Positions 27,251 to 35,850 of a DNA stretch of 64,000 nt are shown here, piece by piece. The notes beneath the pieces are model-generated. The model did not search any database and was not told where the DNA came from. It saw only the letters and a list, made by a program, of their open reading frames with translations. The stretch is from a virus (Duplodnaviria > Caudoviricetes), in IMG/VR virus record IMGVR_UViG_3300021399_000003, positions 64,001 to 128,000 of that record; one strand, given 5' to 3'. Every line of letters begins with the position of its first letter. Within the stretch, counting starts at the first letter, position 1. A program made the position numbers and the translations under genes.

Positions 27251-27404
27251 TAGTCGGGAACCTGGGACTCGAACCCAGGACACACGGCTTATTGGTCATG
27301 AAGGATAGATTTGAACTATCATTATCTTCTGCTAGACAGAAGTAGTTTTCCAATTTAACTTACTTCATGAAGGCCGCTGCTCTGACCTACTGAGCTAGTT
27401 CCCG
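27251..27404 (-). tRNA. tRNA-Ile(TAT) split in the anticodon by a 77-nt full tRNA (27293-27369)
   Basis: GCGGC-CTT|ATAA-GCCGT restored on removal; canonical D and T arms. Confidence 0.87.
27293..27369 (-). tRNA. nested cloverleaf with CTA (amber) anticodon
   Basis: CATGAAG/CTTCATG-ACCA; D arm AGTT/AACT; CTTCT-GTCTAGC-AGAAG; GATAG-TTCAAAT-CTATC. Confidence 0.72.
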
Positions 27405-27815
27405 ATAAATCTCGCGGCTTCTTCTCCTATTGGCATCTTCCGGGCCTCAATCCATCCGAGCCGCCACTTGATTCCACCGCGAATGTCGTTATGAAGGAGC
27501 AAACACTCGCGTTGTGTATACTCCAAGAAATATTTATGTATCATTTGCTCTTATTGGTAGATACTAGACCTCACCGCCTATTTTTCACGCACGGATTCGT
27601 GGCCACCACTAACGAGGACGACTTCCGCTGAATCAAATTATCACGGCCGACCCAGATACCGGGCAACCTCTTGTACTATTCCGGACTAGCTCTCGGTGCA
27701 AGCTCACCGGCATTCTATTCAGAGAATCATATTGTCGCGTTTGCCGTTTCAACAATATTAGCTATATCTGCTTATTTCTTTTGTTCGCGATACTGGCAGA
27801 AATAAGAACAGCCAT

Positions 27816-27889
27816 TGGCAGGAACTGAAAGATTTGAACTCTCATCTGGCGGGTTGGAGCCGCATATGTTGCCATTACACCAAGTTCCT
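27816..27889 (-). tRNA. tRNA-Trp(CCA)
   Basis: GCGG-CTCCAAC-CCGC; GCCA end. Confidence 0.88.
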
Positions 27890-27941
27890 AAATTACAATC
27901 TCTCCCTATAATCTTTAGTTATTTTTCTGTTCTCTTTTCTA

Positions 27942-28029
27942 GGCACGAAAAACTATCCAATTATAGGGAGATTGTATCAAACCATCTACATTTCTTAATA
28001 CTTATGTAAAAAGTATTGCTGTACGTGCC
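27942..28029 (-). ncRNA. Y-RNA-like family member
   Basis: GGCACG/CGTGCC stem, TACAGCAA; promoter just upstream (28068-28096). Confidence 0.5.
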
Positions 28030-28099
28030 AAAAGAGATTTTTTTGTTTCCCTCAACCTTACATAAATATTATAGCAGAATTTTAATCAAAAGTCAAATA

Positions 28100-28780
28100 T
28101 TATGGAAGTGTAGTTTTTGCCGCGGTTTCTATAGCCTTTTTATGCTTGGGGCATACTTTATTGCTACAGTGAGTTCTTGAATTTGTAAAATGAATACAAT
28201 GGTGTCCAGGGAAATTATTATTTTTAATGGAACCATTACCATGTGGCTGGCAATTCATAGAAGCCGCGTAATTTACTCCTTTAATAGTAACAAAAATCGC
28301 GCGACGTTCCCATGACCATTTTTTACAAGCTTTCTTAAAAGCAGCAGTATCTGCTGCGGTACAAGGCTGACAATCGGCATGATTTGTGCCGCCCTTGCGT
28401 TGTTCGCGCCAAGATAAGCCGGTTTTTACATCAGTAATAGTTGCTACTGTACCTTTAGAAAATATTTTTCTAATATCTGATTTCCACCAATCCATCTTTT
28501 TTGCAGTACCGTGAGCAGGTTCACAAGTGCTTCCTGCTTTTCCAGTAGACTTTGGTATTTCATACTTTTTAGCTTCTTCTGAAAATAATTTAGCTTTTGT
28601 TTTTGGGCCATATATTCCATCTGCGACTAAACCATTTTGAGATTGAAATGTAGTTACTGCTTCTTGAGTTAAAGATAAATAATTACCTCTAATTTCTCCA
28701 GTAAAATATCCTAATTCTTTAAGGCGTTTTTGTAGCTCTTTTACCGCATCGCCTTTGTCACCATATTTGAGTGATGCCAT
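28100..28780 (-). CDS. peptidoglycan-binding domain protein with His/Cys-rich C-terminal domain
   Basis: LKYGDKGDAVKELQKRL...DGIYGPKT; GHHCIHF. Confidence 0.75.
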   Translation of the reverse strand: MASLKYGDKGDAVKELQKRLKELGYFTGEIRGNYLSLTQEAVTTFQSQNGLVADGIYGPKTKAKLFSEEAKKYEIPKSTGKAGSTCEPAHGTAKKMDWWKSDIRKIFSKGTVATITDVKTGLSWREQRKGGTNHADCQPCTAADTAAFKKACKKWSWERRAIFVTIKGVNYAASMNCQPHGNGSIKNNNFPGHHCIHFTNSRTHCSNKVCPKHKKAIETAAKTTLP

Positions 28781-28837
28781 AAAATCACCTCATAAAATAA
28801 TAAAGCCCGTGTTTTCCACGGGCTTGTGTAAAATGAT

Positions 28838-29140
28838 TTAAGAGAAGATATTAAAAATGTCGTTAAAAAGGGTAGGAATATCACTTACATCCTTTGTTGA
28901 ATAGTGATATGTACCATACTTCTTACAAAAGGCTTCTAGTTCCTTCTTATAATTAGATTGGGCCTCTGTCATTGCCTTACGCGCGGCTTCAACCTTGTCC
29001 GCGGCAGCCTTGCGTTCTGCGGCCTGACGTTCCTTCTCATACTTTTCCTTGTCGCGCTTTGCGATTAGCTCTCGTTCCGCCGCGAGACAATCGTTAGCGT
29101 TGTCATAAAACTTTTTAGTTTCTTCAGAATAATACTTCAT
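28838..29140 (-). CDS. hypothetical coiled-coil protein
   Basis: ORF with RBS. Confidence 0.6.
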   Translation of the reverse strand: MKYYSEETKKFYDNANDCLAAERELIAKRDKEKYEKERQAAERKAAADKVEAARKAMTEAQSNYKKELEAFCKKYGTYHYSTKDVSDIPTLFNDIFNIFS

Positions 29141-29227
29141 ATAAGTTCCTCTCCTTATATATTTTATTTATCAGATAAGAGTTCCTTTCCTCTCTCTGAT
29201 AATAATATTATAGCATGAATTTGATTA

Positions 29228-31330
29228 TTAGTCAAGTGTTAAACCATATGATTTGCGAATTATTTTTTCTATGTTATCTTTATTGGTGATAAAAGCAGTA
29301 CAACCGGCTTCATAAAGTTTTATTATATCTGCTGTACTAGTATTTTCTTGTATTGTCCAAGTACTTACTTTCATACCGTAGTTCGCGGCAGTTCCAATAA
29401 TGTCTATATTATTATTATCTATAGCACTAATTAAATTACCAGAAGAAGGATTAAAGAAAACATTTTTTACTGTTTTTCCTTCAAGATAGTCTGCGGCAGT
29501 TTCTATTGCCCCTTCACTTGCTTCGCCATTGTTAATAATAATACAAAAATTTTGTGCACCCGCGCCAGCTGCTTCTTCTATAACTTTGTTTGCAACAGCA
29601 TATGCTATTATATAAGCATTATCTAACATACCATATTTTTTAATTATATTGACTATATTTGTTACTTGTCCTGTATATTTAGTATCGTTTAAAGAAAATT
29701 TAGGCTCAATAAATACGGTGGCGCCAGCTGCTTTAGCTAATAATAAAAATTCTTGAAGAGTTGGAATTTTTTCATCTTCAAAACCAGAAATAATTTCACT
29801 TGGTGGAGTTGGTGGATTAGTACTATAACTTCCTGCAAGACAACCAAAATTATATTGTCTAAGATCCGCTAAGGTTTTTTTAGAAATTTTTATTATATTA
29901 TCTCCCTCATAAGGTAATTCATTGCCATTTGCATCGCGAGCATGAATATAAATATTGTCATCATGACATAAGACATAATCATGTTTAGTTGCACCTTCGG
30001 TCATGTTTGTAACCATGATGTCACATTCCCAATTCATGATATTATTTTTATAATATTGCTTATACAAACCTAAAGTATTTGGAGGCCAAACTTTTGTACC
30101 GCCGTGGCCTATGGATAAAATTTTAGATGGAGCCGGACTAAAAGCAGTAGTAAAAGGTGTAATTATTGAAGAAACATTAAATTTTACATCGTTCATAAAG
30201 TTATTGATATCTAATTTTTCTGAAGTATTCGTTTCTGGCTGAGTACGAAATAAAAGACGATAGTGAATATTTGGTTGTAGTATAACTGAAGTAGTCCAAC
30301 TAATATCACCATTAGTTATATATTCACCATTATCATTAAAAGTTTGACAAAAAATACGATAAGTAGAGTTTGTAAAAGTAATTTCTACTGCGTGTTCAAA
30401 AGTTAATATAGACTCACTAACAATACGATGAGTCTTTGTTTTGTCAACTACTCCTTTATCATTACTATTGCCATTAATAAGTGTTAATTTTTTCCAAAAA
30501 GTATCGGGGAATAAAGCACCATAAGGCTCTATCGCGGCGATCCGTAATGAATTTATGCTGGTTGATAATTCAGTGTTTGTTAGTGCATTAAAAATCATTG
30601 GATGAACTGTTTCCTCATCAATTTCCATTCCACTAGCGACTCTTAATTTTATCTCAAGACCTTTTACATTTGGGCCAATAGTATATTCTTCGTTTTTATA
30701 TATTACTGTAATTACTGATGTTCCGTCTTGTTTGTACTCTGTTAATGAAAGCCCAACTTTTTCGCCGGTATATTTTATATAATATGTCTTACCAATTTCA
30801 AATCCAGCAGGAAGACTTGTCTGACTACCATATAGAGTTTTAGCGCGAGTTAAGGCTACAGTATTAGATGAAGTAGTAACAGTCCATGAACCATCATTGT
30901 TATTTGTAAATGTAACTTCTTGTACAGTACCTGATGCCGCAGGTGGTAAATTATTTAATATGTTATAAGCGCTGTTTTCTTCTATCGTAGCAATGTTTTC
31001 TTCTATCGTAGCGATATTTGTAGTAAGCGATGTTATATCAGACGCTTTGCCTGCACCAATATTTGACCTCGCTTGTGTTTTTTGTGCGTCTGTAAGAGAT
31101 TGAGGTTCATTAAAAAGCACTACGTTATTATTATCATTTAATAACATCCAAGGGGCACCTGTAGCACCAGGACGATTATCATCTTTACTCTTATTCTCAG
31201 CAGTAGCTATATAACTGGCATTATTGAAAGTGACTATATCTAATTCTTTATATTCTATTCCTTTATTGCTCCAAGCGCCTTTTGGTTTCATAGCTATTTT
31301 ACCTAAAGCGACAAAATTTTCATTGGCCAT
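29228..31330 (-). CDS. tail-associated protein with glycerophosphodiester phosphodiesterase (GDPD) domain
   Basis: QKTQARSNIG; IGHGG..PPNT, ECDI, LCHD, IPTLQE, IEPK, WTI. Confidence 0.75.
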   Translation of the reverse strand: MANENFVALGKIAMKPKGAWSNKGIEYKELDIVTFNNASYIATAENKSKDDNRPGATGAPWMLLNDNNNVVLFNEPQSLTDAQKTQARSNIGAGKASDITSLTTNIATIEENIATIEENSAYNILNNLPPAASGTVQEVTFTNNNDGSWTVTTSSNTVALTRAKTLYGSQTSLPAGFEIGKTYYIKYTGEKVGLSLTEYKQDGTSVITVIYKNEEYTIGPNVKGLEIKLRVASGMEIDEETVHPMIFNALTNTELSTSINSLRIAAIEPYGALFPDTFWKKLTLINGNSNDKGVVDKTKTHRIVSESILTFEHAVEITFTNSTYRIFCQTFNDNGEYITNGDISWTTSVILQPNIHYRLLFRTQPETNTSEKLDINNFMNDVKFNVSSIITPFTTAFSPAPSKILSIGHGGTKVWPPNTLGLYKQYYKNNIMNWECDIMVTNMTEGATKHDYVLCHDDNIYIHARDANGNELPYEGDNIIKISKKTLADLRQYNFGCLAGSYSTNPPTPPSEIISGFEDEKIPTLQEFLLLAKAAGATVFIEPKFSLNDTKYTGQVTNIVNIIKKYGMLDNAYIIAYAVANKVIEEAAGAGAQNFCIIINNGEASEGAIETAADYLEGKTVKNVFFNPSSGNLISAIDNNNIDIIGTAANYGMKVSTWTIQENTSTADIIKLYEAGCTAFITNKDNIEKIIRKSYGLTLD

Positions 31331-31333
31331 ATA

Positions 31334-31741
31334 TTATGCCACCTCCTTCCAACCAGCTGGATAAGCAGAAGGAGACCAAATATTATTTGCAATTACACAT
31401 TCATAAACTTTTCCTTCAAACATAACTTTATCGCCAATTTGATAGGCATTTGTGCTATCTGGTTGCTCCCACTCTGGTATTATTTCTGGGTCTGGAATTA
31501 ACACTTTAGCCCAAAGACTTGGAGCTGAAATTGGACTCCAAGTAGGTTGAGCAATGTGGTCTTGTAAACAGCGATAGAGTACATTATGAAAACGTACTCT
31601 ATCACCTGTTGTATATTTTGCGCTATCATTCCATTGAGGGAATAATTGCACAGCTTCCAAAGCATCTGTATCATCTAAAGCAATTGCTGCTTTTTCAATA
31701 TATGGGCGGAGTTTAACCGCTAAATCAACTAAAGTACCCAA
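31334..31741 (-). CDS. CBM5/12-like tail-associated protein
   Basis: LFPQW..YTTGDRV, PSLW, EWEQPDSTNAY. Confidence 0.7.
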   Translation of the reverse strand: MGTLVDLAVKLRPYIEKAAIALDDTDALEAVQLFPQWNDSAKYTTGDRVRFHNVLYRCLQDHIAQPTWSPISAPSLWAKVLIPDPEIIPEWEQPDSTNAYQIGDKVMFEGKVYECVIANNIWSPSAYPAGWKEVA

Positions 31742-32005
31742 TTACTCCACCCCCAATAATATTTTTGCTGCTTGAAGTTCTTCTTGTAATGCTGCGATAT
31801 CTTGTTGATTTTGAGAGAGAATAGTAAGATATTCATCTTTATCATATTCTGTTAAGGTGTATTGATAGCAATGTTCAATTGTATCTTCCACTTCACGCTC
31901 AATTTCTTGAATATCAGAAGCGATAAAAACTTTTGTTGCAGTTATATCAATTTTGGGTGGTTCTATTGTAGAATAGGTAAAATTATAGGTTTTCATTTTA
32001 ACCAC
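31742..32005 (-). CDS. small tail-fibre assembly-type protein
   Basis: YDKDEY..., AKILLGVE, module context. Confidence 0.55.
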   Translation of the reverse strand: MVKMKTYNFTYSTIEPPKIDITATKVFIASDIQEIEREVEDTIEHCYQYTLTEYDKDEYLTILSQNQQDIAALQEELQAAKILLGVE

Positions 32006-32008
32006 CTC

Positions 32009-33880
32009 TTATGAATTTATCCAAGCATGATAGTTATTTAATTCAATAGTTGAACCTGCGGTTGGGATATACATTACTCGTGCAGAATCACTACGATAAT
32101 GATAATTAGCTTTTGCTACATTAAATCCATAATAGAACGGTCCGCAATTATCCTGTGAACTAATTAAGCCACCAGCAAGACCAGAATTTATAGTTGTACT
32201 ATTAGTTAAATGCGCATAGTCGCCTATTGGTAAAGAACTATTGCCTTCGCATTCTATTGGTAAGAACACCCACTTATAATTTTCATCATAGCCAAAGGCG
32301 CTAATCCATCCAGGAACTGCTGGAAGTTTAAAATTAACTTCCTCTCCATTATATGAAAGCACACGACTTTTTACTTCTACTCCACCAATAAAACGCCAAA
32401 TATTGCCATATGGATTTTCTAATCCACGATAACTAATAGCGCACTTGCCTTCTTCACTATATACATTTGTTGCTCCATTGGTAATATTTGTAGTGCTCTC
32501 TGCTCTACCAGATTCATTTAATAATGAATGTGTAGAACCAGAAATAGAAGAAATATTTGTTTCGCCATTGATGCTAATGCGCGAAAGACCTAAATCAAAT
32601 GTATTTTGTAGATTCATAGAACCATATTCAATACTCATTAACATTTGATGCAATGACTCAAAGCGTAAGTCAGTTAATTGCCACCCTTCGCCATTGTTTT
32701 CAGCCATTTGTTGCGCGGCGTCATAAGTAAAGCTTTGAGTATATCCACTTATTGGTTTAGTATTAACTATTGAAACTAATTTATCGGTAGAAAAGACAAC
32801 ATCTTGCTTATCATCTTTTACAAACTCACCATTCGCGCGCAATGTGCCGCTTTCATATGCTGGTAATAAAATATATTTAACTTCATTACCGTTTTTATCT
32901 TTAAAAATCGGATGTAATTCAAAACCAGCATATTTCGTATCAGAAAGATAAATTTGCTCTTTATTTATTTTAATACCATTTGCTATTATTGTTGTAGATA
33001 TGGGGACACGCATGTAATAACAAGCTGGTTGATATACCATAATACGTTTATCAACTACATCTTCAATGGTATCTGAAGCTGTTAAGAAGCGAATAATGCT
33101 GCCGTCTTCATTTACTAAACAACGTTTTCTTCCGCCCAGCATAGTATATTTATCAAAATCATGACCTGCGGTTTTATTTTTTGCGCCTTGAAGACGAGTA
33201 AAGACTTTATTTGTATAATCTATTTCTAAGCCAATAATATTATCATTTTGATAAGTACCCGTAATGATTTGAGTAAGAATTATATCTTCCTCTGTTATTG
33301 TACTTGGAGTAATATTGCCATTATCATCAACCGTAACCATTGAACCAGCATCCTCCGCTGAAATATTACCAGAGATATTGCCAGAGCCACTTCCAGAACC
33401 GCCGCTGTTTTTAATTTTATTTTCTAATTCGGTTTTTTGCGCACTTAAAGCATTTGTAATTGCTTTTTGTGTCATACTTCCATCCTCGTTTTGACCTGTA
33501 GAAGTATAGTTTTTCATAGTATCATATGCTTGGATAATGCCCTTTTTGCGCACCCGAGTTTTCTTAATTTTTGCCGCGGAAGTATTGTCATCTATTACAT
33601 CAACCTCAGAAACCGCTTCTGCGGTGGCTGCTTGAATTTTTTCATCTATAATATTATTTACTGCCGTATCAATATCTTGTTGAATTTCATCAAGATTATT
33701 TGCTACTTCTTGCGCGCGAGTATTGGCTGCTTCAGCCGCGTCCAATGCCTCCTGTGCTTCATCAATCTTTGCAGCGACTTTATTAGCTTTAGCCATCGCA
33801 GCTTGTGCTTGCTTAGTTAGCTTAGCTGTTTCTGCTGTAAAAGATTGATTTTTTGCTATTAAAATATCAATAATATCCAT
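32009..33880 (-). CDS. tail fibre / structural protein
   Basis: coiled coil, MTQKAIT motif, YRGLENPYGNIW. Confidence 0.65.
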   Translation of the reverse strand: MDIIDILIAKNQSFTAETAKLTKQAQAAMAKANKVAAKIDEAQEALDAAEAANTRAQEVANNLDEIQQDIDTAVNNIIDEKIQAATAEAVSEVDVIDDNTSAAKIKKTRVRKKGIIQAYDTMKNYTSTGQNEDGSMTQKAITNALSAQKTELENKIKNSGGSGSGSGNISGNISAEDAGSMVTVDDNGNITPSTITEEDIILTQIITGTYQNDNIIGLEIDYTNKVFTRLQGAKNKTAGHDFDKYTMLGGRKRCLVNEDGSIIRFLTASDTIEDVVDKRIMVYQPACYYMRVPISTTIIANGIKINKEQIYLSDTKYAGFELHPIFKDKNGNEVKYILLPAYESGTLRANGEFVKDDKQDVVFSTDKLVSIVNTKPISGYTQSFTYDAAQQMAENNGEGWQLTDLRFESLHQMLMSIEYGSMNLQNTFDLGLSRISINGETNISSISGSTHSLLNESGRAESTTNITNGATNVYSEEGKCAISYRGLENPYGNIWRFIGGVEVKSRVLSYNGEEVNFKLPAVPGWISAFGYDENYKWVFLPIECEGNSSLPIGDYAHLTNSTTINSGLAGGLISSQDNCGPFYYGFNVAKANYHYRSDSARVMYIPTAGSTIELNNYHAWINS

Positions 33881-34001
33881 TGTTTGTCCTCCTTATACTG
33901 CTGTGGCTTGTGTTAACGTTTCAATCCAAACACTAATTACAGCAGTATCTCCTTCTTTATATCCGTTATTTGCACAATAATTACAGAAGAACCATTGCTA
34001 G

Positions 34002-34256
34002 TTATGGTTTGTCTCCTTCTTCTTCTTCATCTTCTCCAGAGCTAGAGCCGCCGCTCATAGTAGAAAAAGCATTCCACTGTTTATCAGAACCAGCAATGTA
34101 AATTCCCATTCCATTATTTTCATCTTGTAGAACTATGGCAACTGAACCTAAAGTAATTTGGTCTTTAGGAATATTATTTAAATCCGCCTTTGTGTCACAA
34201 TAATGTTCGTAGGTAACAACATTATCCAATGAACCACGTTTTGTCATTACATTCAT
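34002..34256 (-). CDS. short paralog of 37010-38047 N-terminus
   Basis: MNVMTKRGSLDNVVTYEHYCDTKADL. Confidence 0.6.
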   Translation of the reverse strand: MNVMTKRGSLDNVVTYEHYCDTKADLNNIPKDQITLGSVAIVLQDENNGMGIYIAGSDKQWNAFSTMSGGSSSGEDEEEEGDKP

Positions 34257-34257
34257 T

Positions 34258-34671
34258 TTAATCTCCTCCTTCTATGCTCCATCCATATACACCAGGTTCC
34301 CAGACATTATTATCTACGTCGCTTATCCAAGTACTATTATTATGTAGTACTTTATCACCTTTCATATAGGGATTTGTGCTATCAGGTTGTTGCCATTCTA
34401 AAATTTGATTATCTATTACTAATACGCGAGCGAATAAAGAAGGAGAATTATCTGGGGTCCAATTTTCTTGGGAGTCATGTTCTTGTAGAACTTTGTATAA
34501 TATTTTATTGTATTGTACTCTATCATTTATTTGATAATGATAGTCTGTTTTCCATTGCGGGAAAAGTTCTACTGCTGTTAAAGCAATTTCATCTGATAGG
34601 GCTGCTGAGCTAATTTCAATTGCTTTGCGCAAATTTAAAATTTTAGTCCGATTCATTAGTATCACCACCAA
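34258..34671 (-). CDS. CBM5/12-like tail-associated protein
   Basis: LFPQW, PSLFA, EWQQPDSTNPY, VWEPGVYGW. Confidence 0.7.
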   Translation of the reverse strand: MVVILMNRTKILNLRKAIEISSAALSDEIALTAVELFPQWKTDYHYQINDRVQYNKILYKVLQEHDSQENWTPDNSPSLFARVLVIDNQILEWQQPDSTNPYMKGDKVLHNNSTWISDVDNNVWEPGVYGWSIEGGD

Positions 34672-34867
34672 GTAGTATGTTTAATGCTTCTTCTGGTGTT
34701 ATATCATCTTCAGTAAGAATGTTTGTCTCTATATATGTGTAACCACTGTTTTCAATATCAATGGCTTCTGCATATTCTATGCCGGTTTGTTCTTGCCGAA
34801 TTAAAAAGCCGGAATCAGAATATGTCTTAATCAAATTGCGCCCTTCTATACGCTCTTGAACAATCAT
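34643..34867 (-). CDS. small tail-fibre assembly-type protein
   Basis: TYSDSGFLIRQ..TG.EY.EAID. Confidence 0.55.
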   Translation of the reverse strand: MIVQERIEGRNLIKTYSDSGFLIRQEQTGIEYAEAIDIENSGYTYIETNILTEDDITPEEALNILLGGDTNESD

Positions 34868-35850
34868 GCTGCCACCTCCATTTCCTCAACATGCCTGAGC
34901 CACGCGTCAATCGTTATAGCTTCCATCATCATACCTTCCATTACGCTGCGTTGCCTGACCTGATTCGAAATCATCATCTTGTCACCGACAGGGAGATCAT
35001 TCCACATACCCTTATGTTTGGCATAGTATGCGGCAAATCGTCTTTCTGTGCTATCCCTATATTCCTGATTCTCTTGATTCATCCATTCAGGCTTGTTCAT
35101 AGTATAGTAGGCATCAAATATCATAAAAGCGGTAAAGAACATTGCCTTGTCCTGAACACCACGCTTTATGAACTCATCTACAAGCGCATCATTGCTATCC
35201 AGCATGTTCCGATAGGTTTTCAGAATATACTTCGGGTCGTGTCGGCACACACTCTCGTCGCGCCATTTCCAGAGATAGAACGGTGTCGGGCAATATTTCA
35301 CGTTTTCAGATAGATTCTGACAGAGAATGTTGAAATAGCTGTCCTCATGAATCGTAAGCTTGTCATTCCAACGAATATGCTTGTCAATCAGGTATTGACG
35401 CCTGTGAATTTTGCCATGAACGAATGTACTGTCCATTTCATGATTAATATACTCAACAGCCTTCGTATCTGGTCGCCTTGTTTCCTCAACGAACATGCTA
35501 ACCAGCGAATCAAAACCCGTTTCCATCTCGCGGAATATCATCCACAATCCGCAAGCGTTATAAAACATGTCGTCCGCATCGCAAAACATTACATAATCTG
35601 CTGTTGCGTAGTCAAGACAGGCGTTACGAGTACCGCTAACGCCACGATGTGGTTCATGATAGTATGCTATTTTGAATGGATAGGCAGTAATCAAATCATC
35701 TGACAGGAACACGTCACTACCGTCGTTGCAGATTATTACGCCGATTTCGTCAAATGGTACGTTCTGTTGAATTGCAATACTATCTAATAGCGGCTTTACA
35801 ACATCATCTGTTTCTTTATACTGCGGTATCAATATCTGTAGTTTCATCAT
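34864..35850 (-). CDS. glycosyltransferase family 2
   Basis: LIPQY, CNDGS, GVSGTRN, FCDADD, HEDS. Confidence 0.85.
   Translation of the reverse strand: MMKLQILIPQYKETDDVVKPLLDSIAIQQNVPFDEIGVIICNDGSDVFLSDDLITAYPFKIAYYHEPHRGVSGTRNACLDYATADYVMFCDADDMFYNACGLWMIFREMETGFDSLVSMFVEETRRPDTKAVEYINHEMDSTFVHGKIHRRQYLIDKHIRWNDKLTIHEDSYFNILCQNLSENVKYCPTPFYLWKWRDESVCRHDPKYILKTYRNMLDSNDALVDEFIKRGVQDKAMFFTAFMIFDAYYTMNKPEWMNQENQEYRDSTERRFAAYYAKHKGMWNDLPVGDKMMISNQVRQRSVMEGMMMEAITIDAWLRHVEEMEVAA

Noticed and set aside
10503-27369. Group I or BHB-type introns as the explanation of the tRNA inserts
   Set aside because: Inserts are 47-77 nt, lack a catalytic core and terminal G, and have no bulge-helix-bulge; they end in ACCA
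8300-27900. Theta (HDV-like) ribozymes at tRNA 3' ends
   Set aside because: No nested double-pseudoknot consensus was recognisable by eye; a covariance search would be needed to exclude them fully
8239-28029. CRISPR array from the repeated TTGCTGT motif
   Set aside because: Copies are dispersed, only 7 nt are identical, spacing is irregular and there are no cas genes
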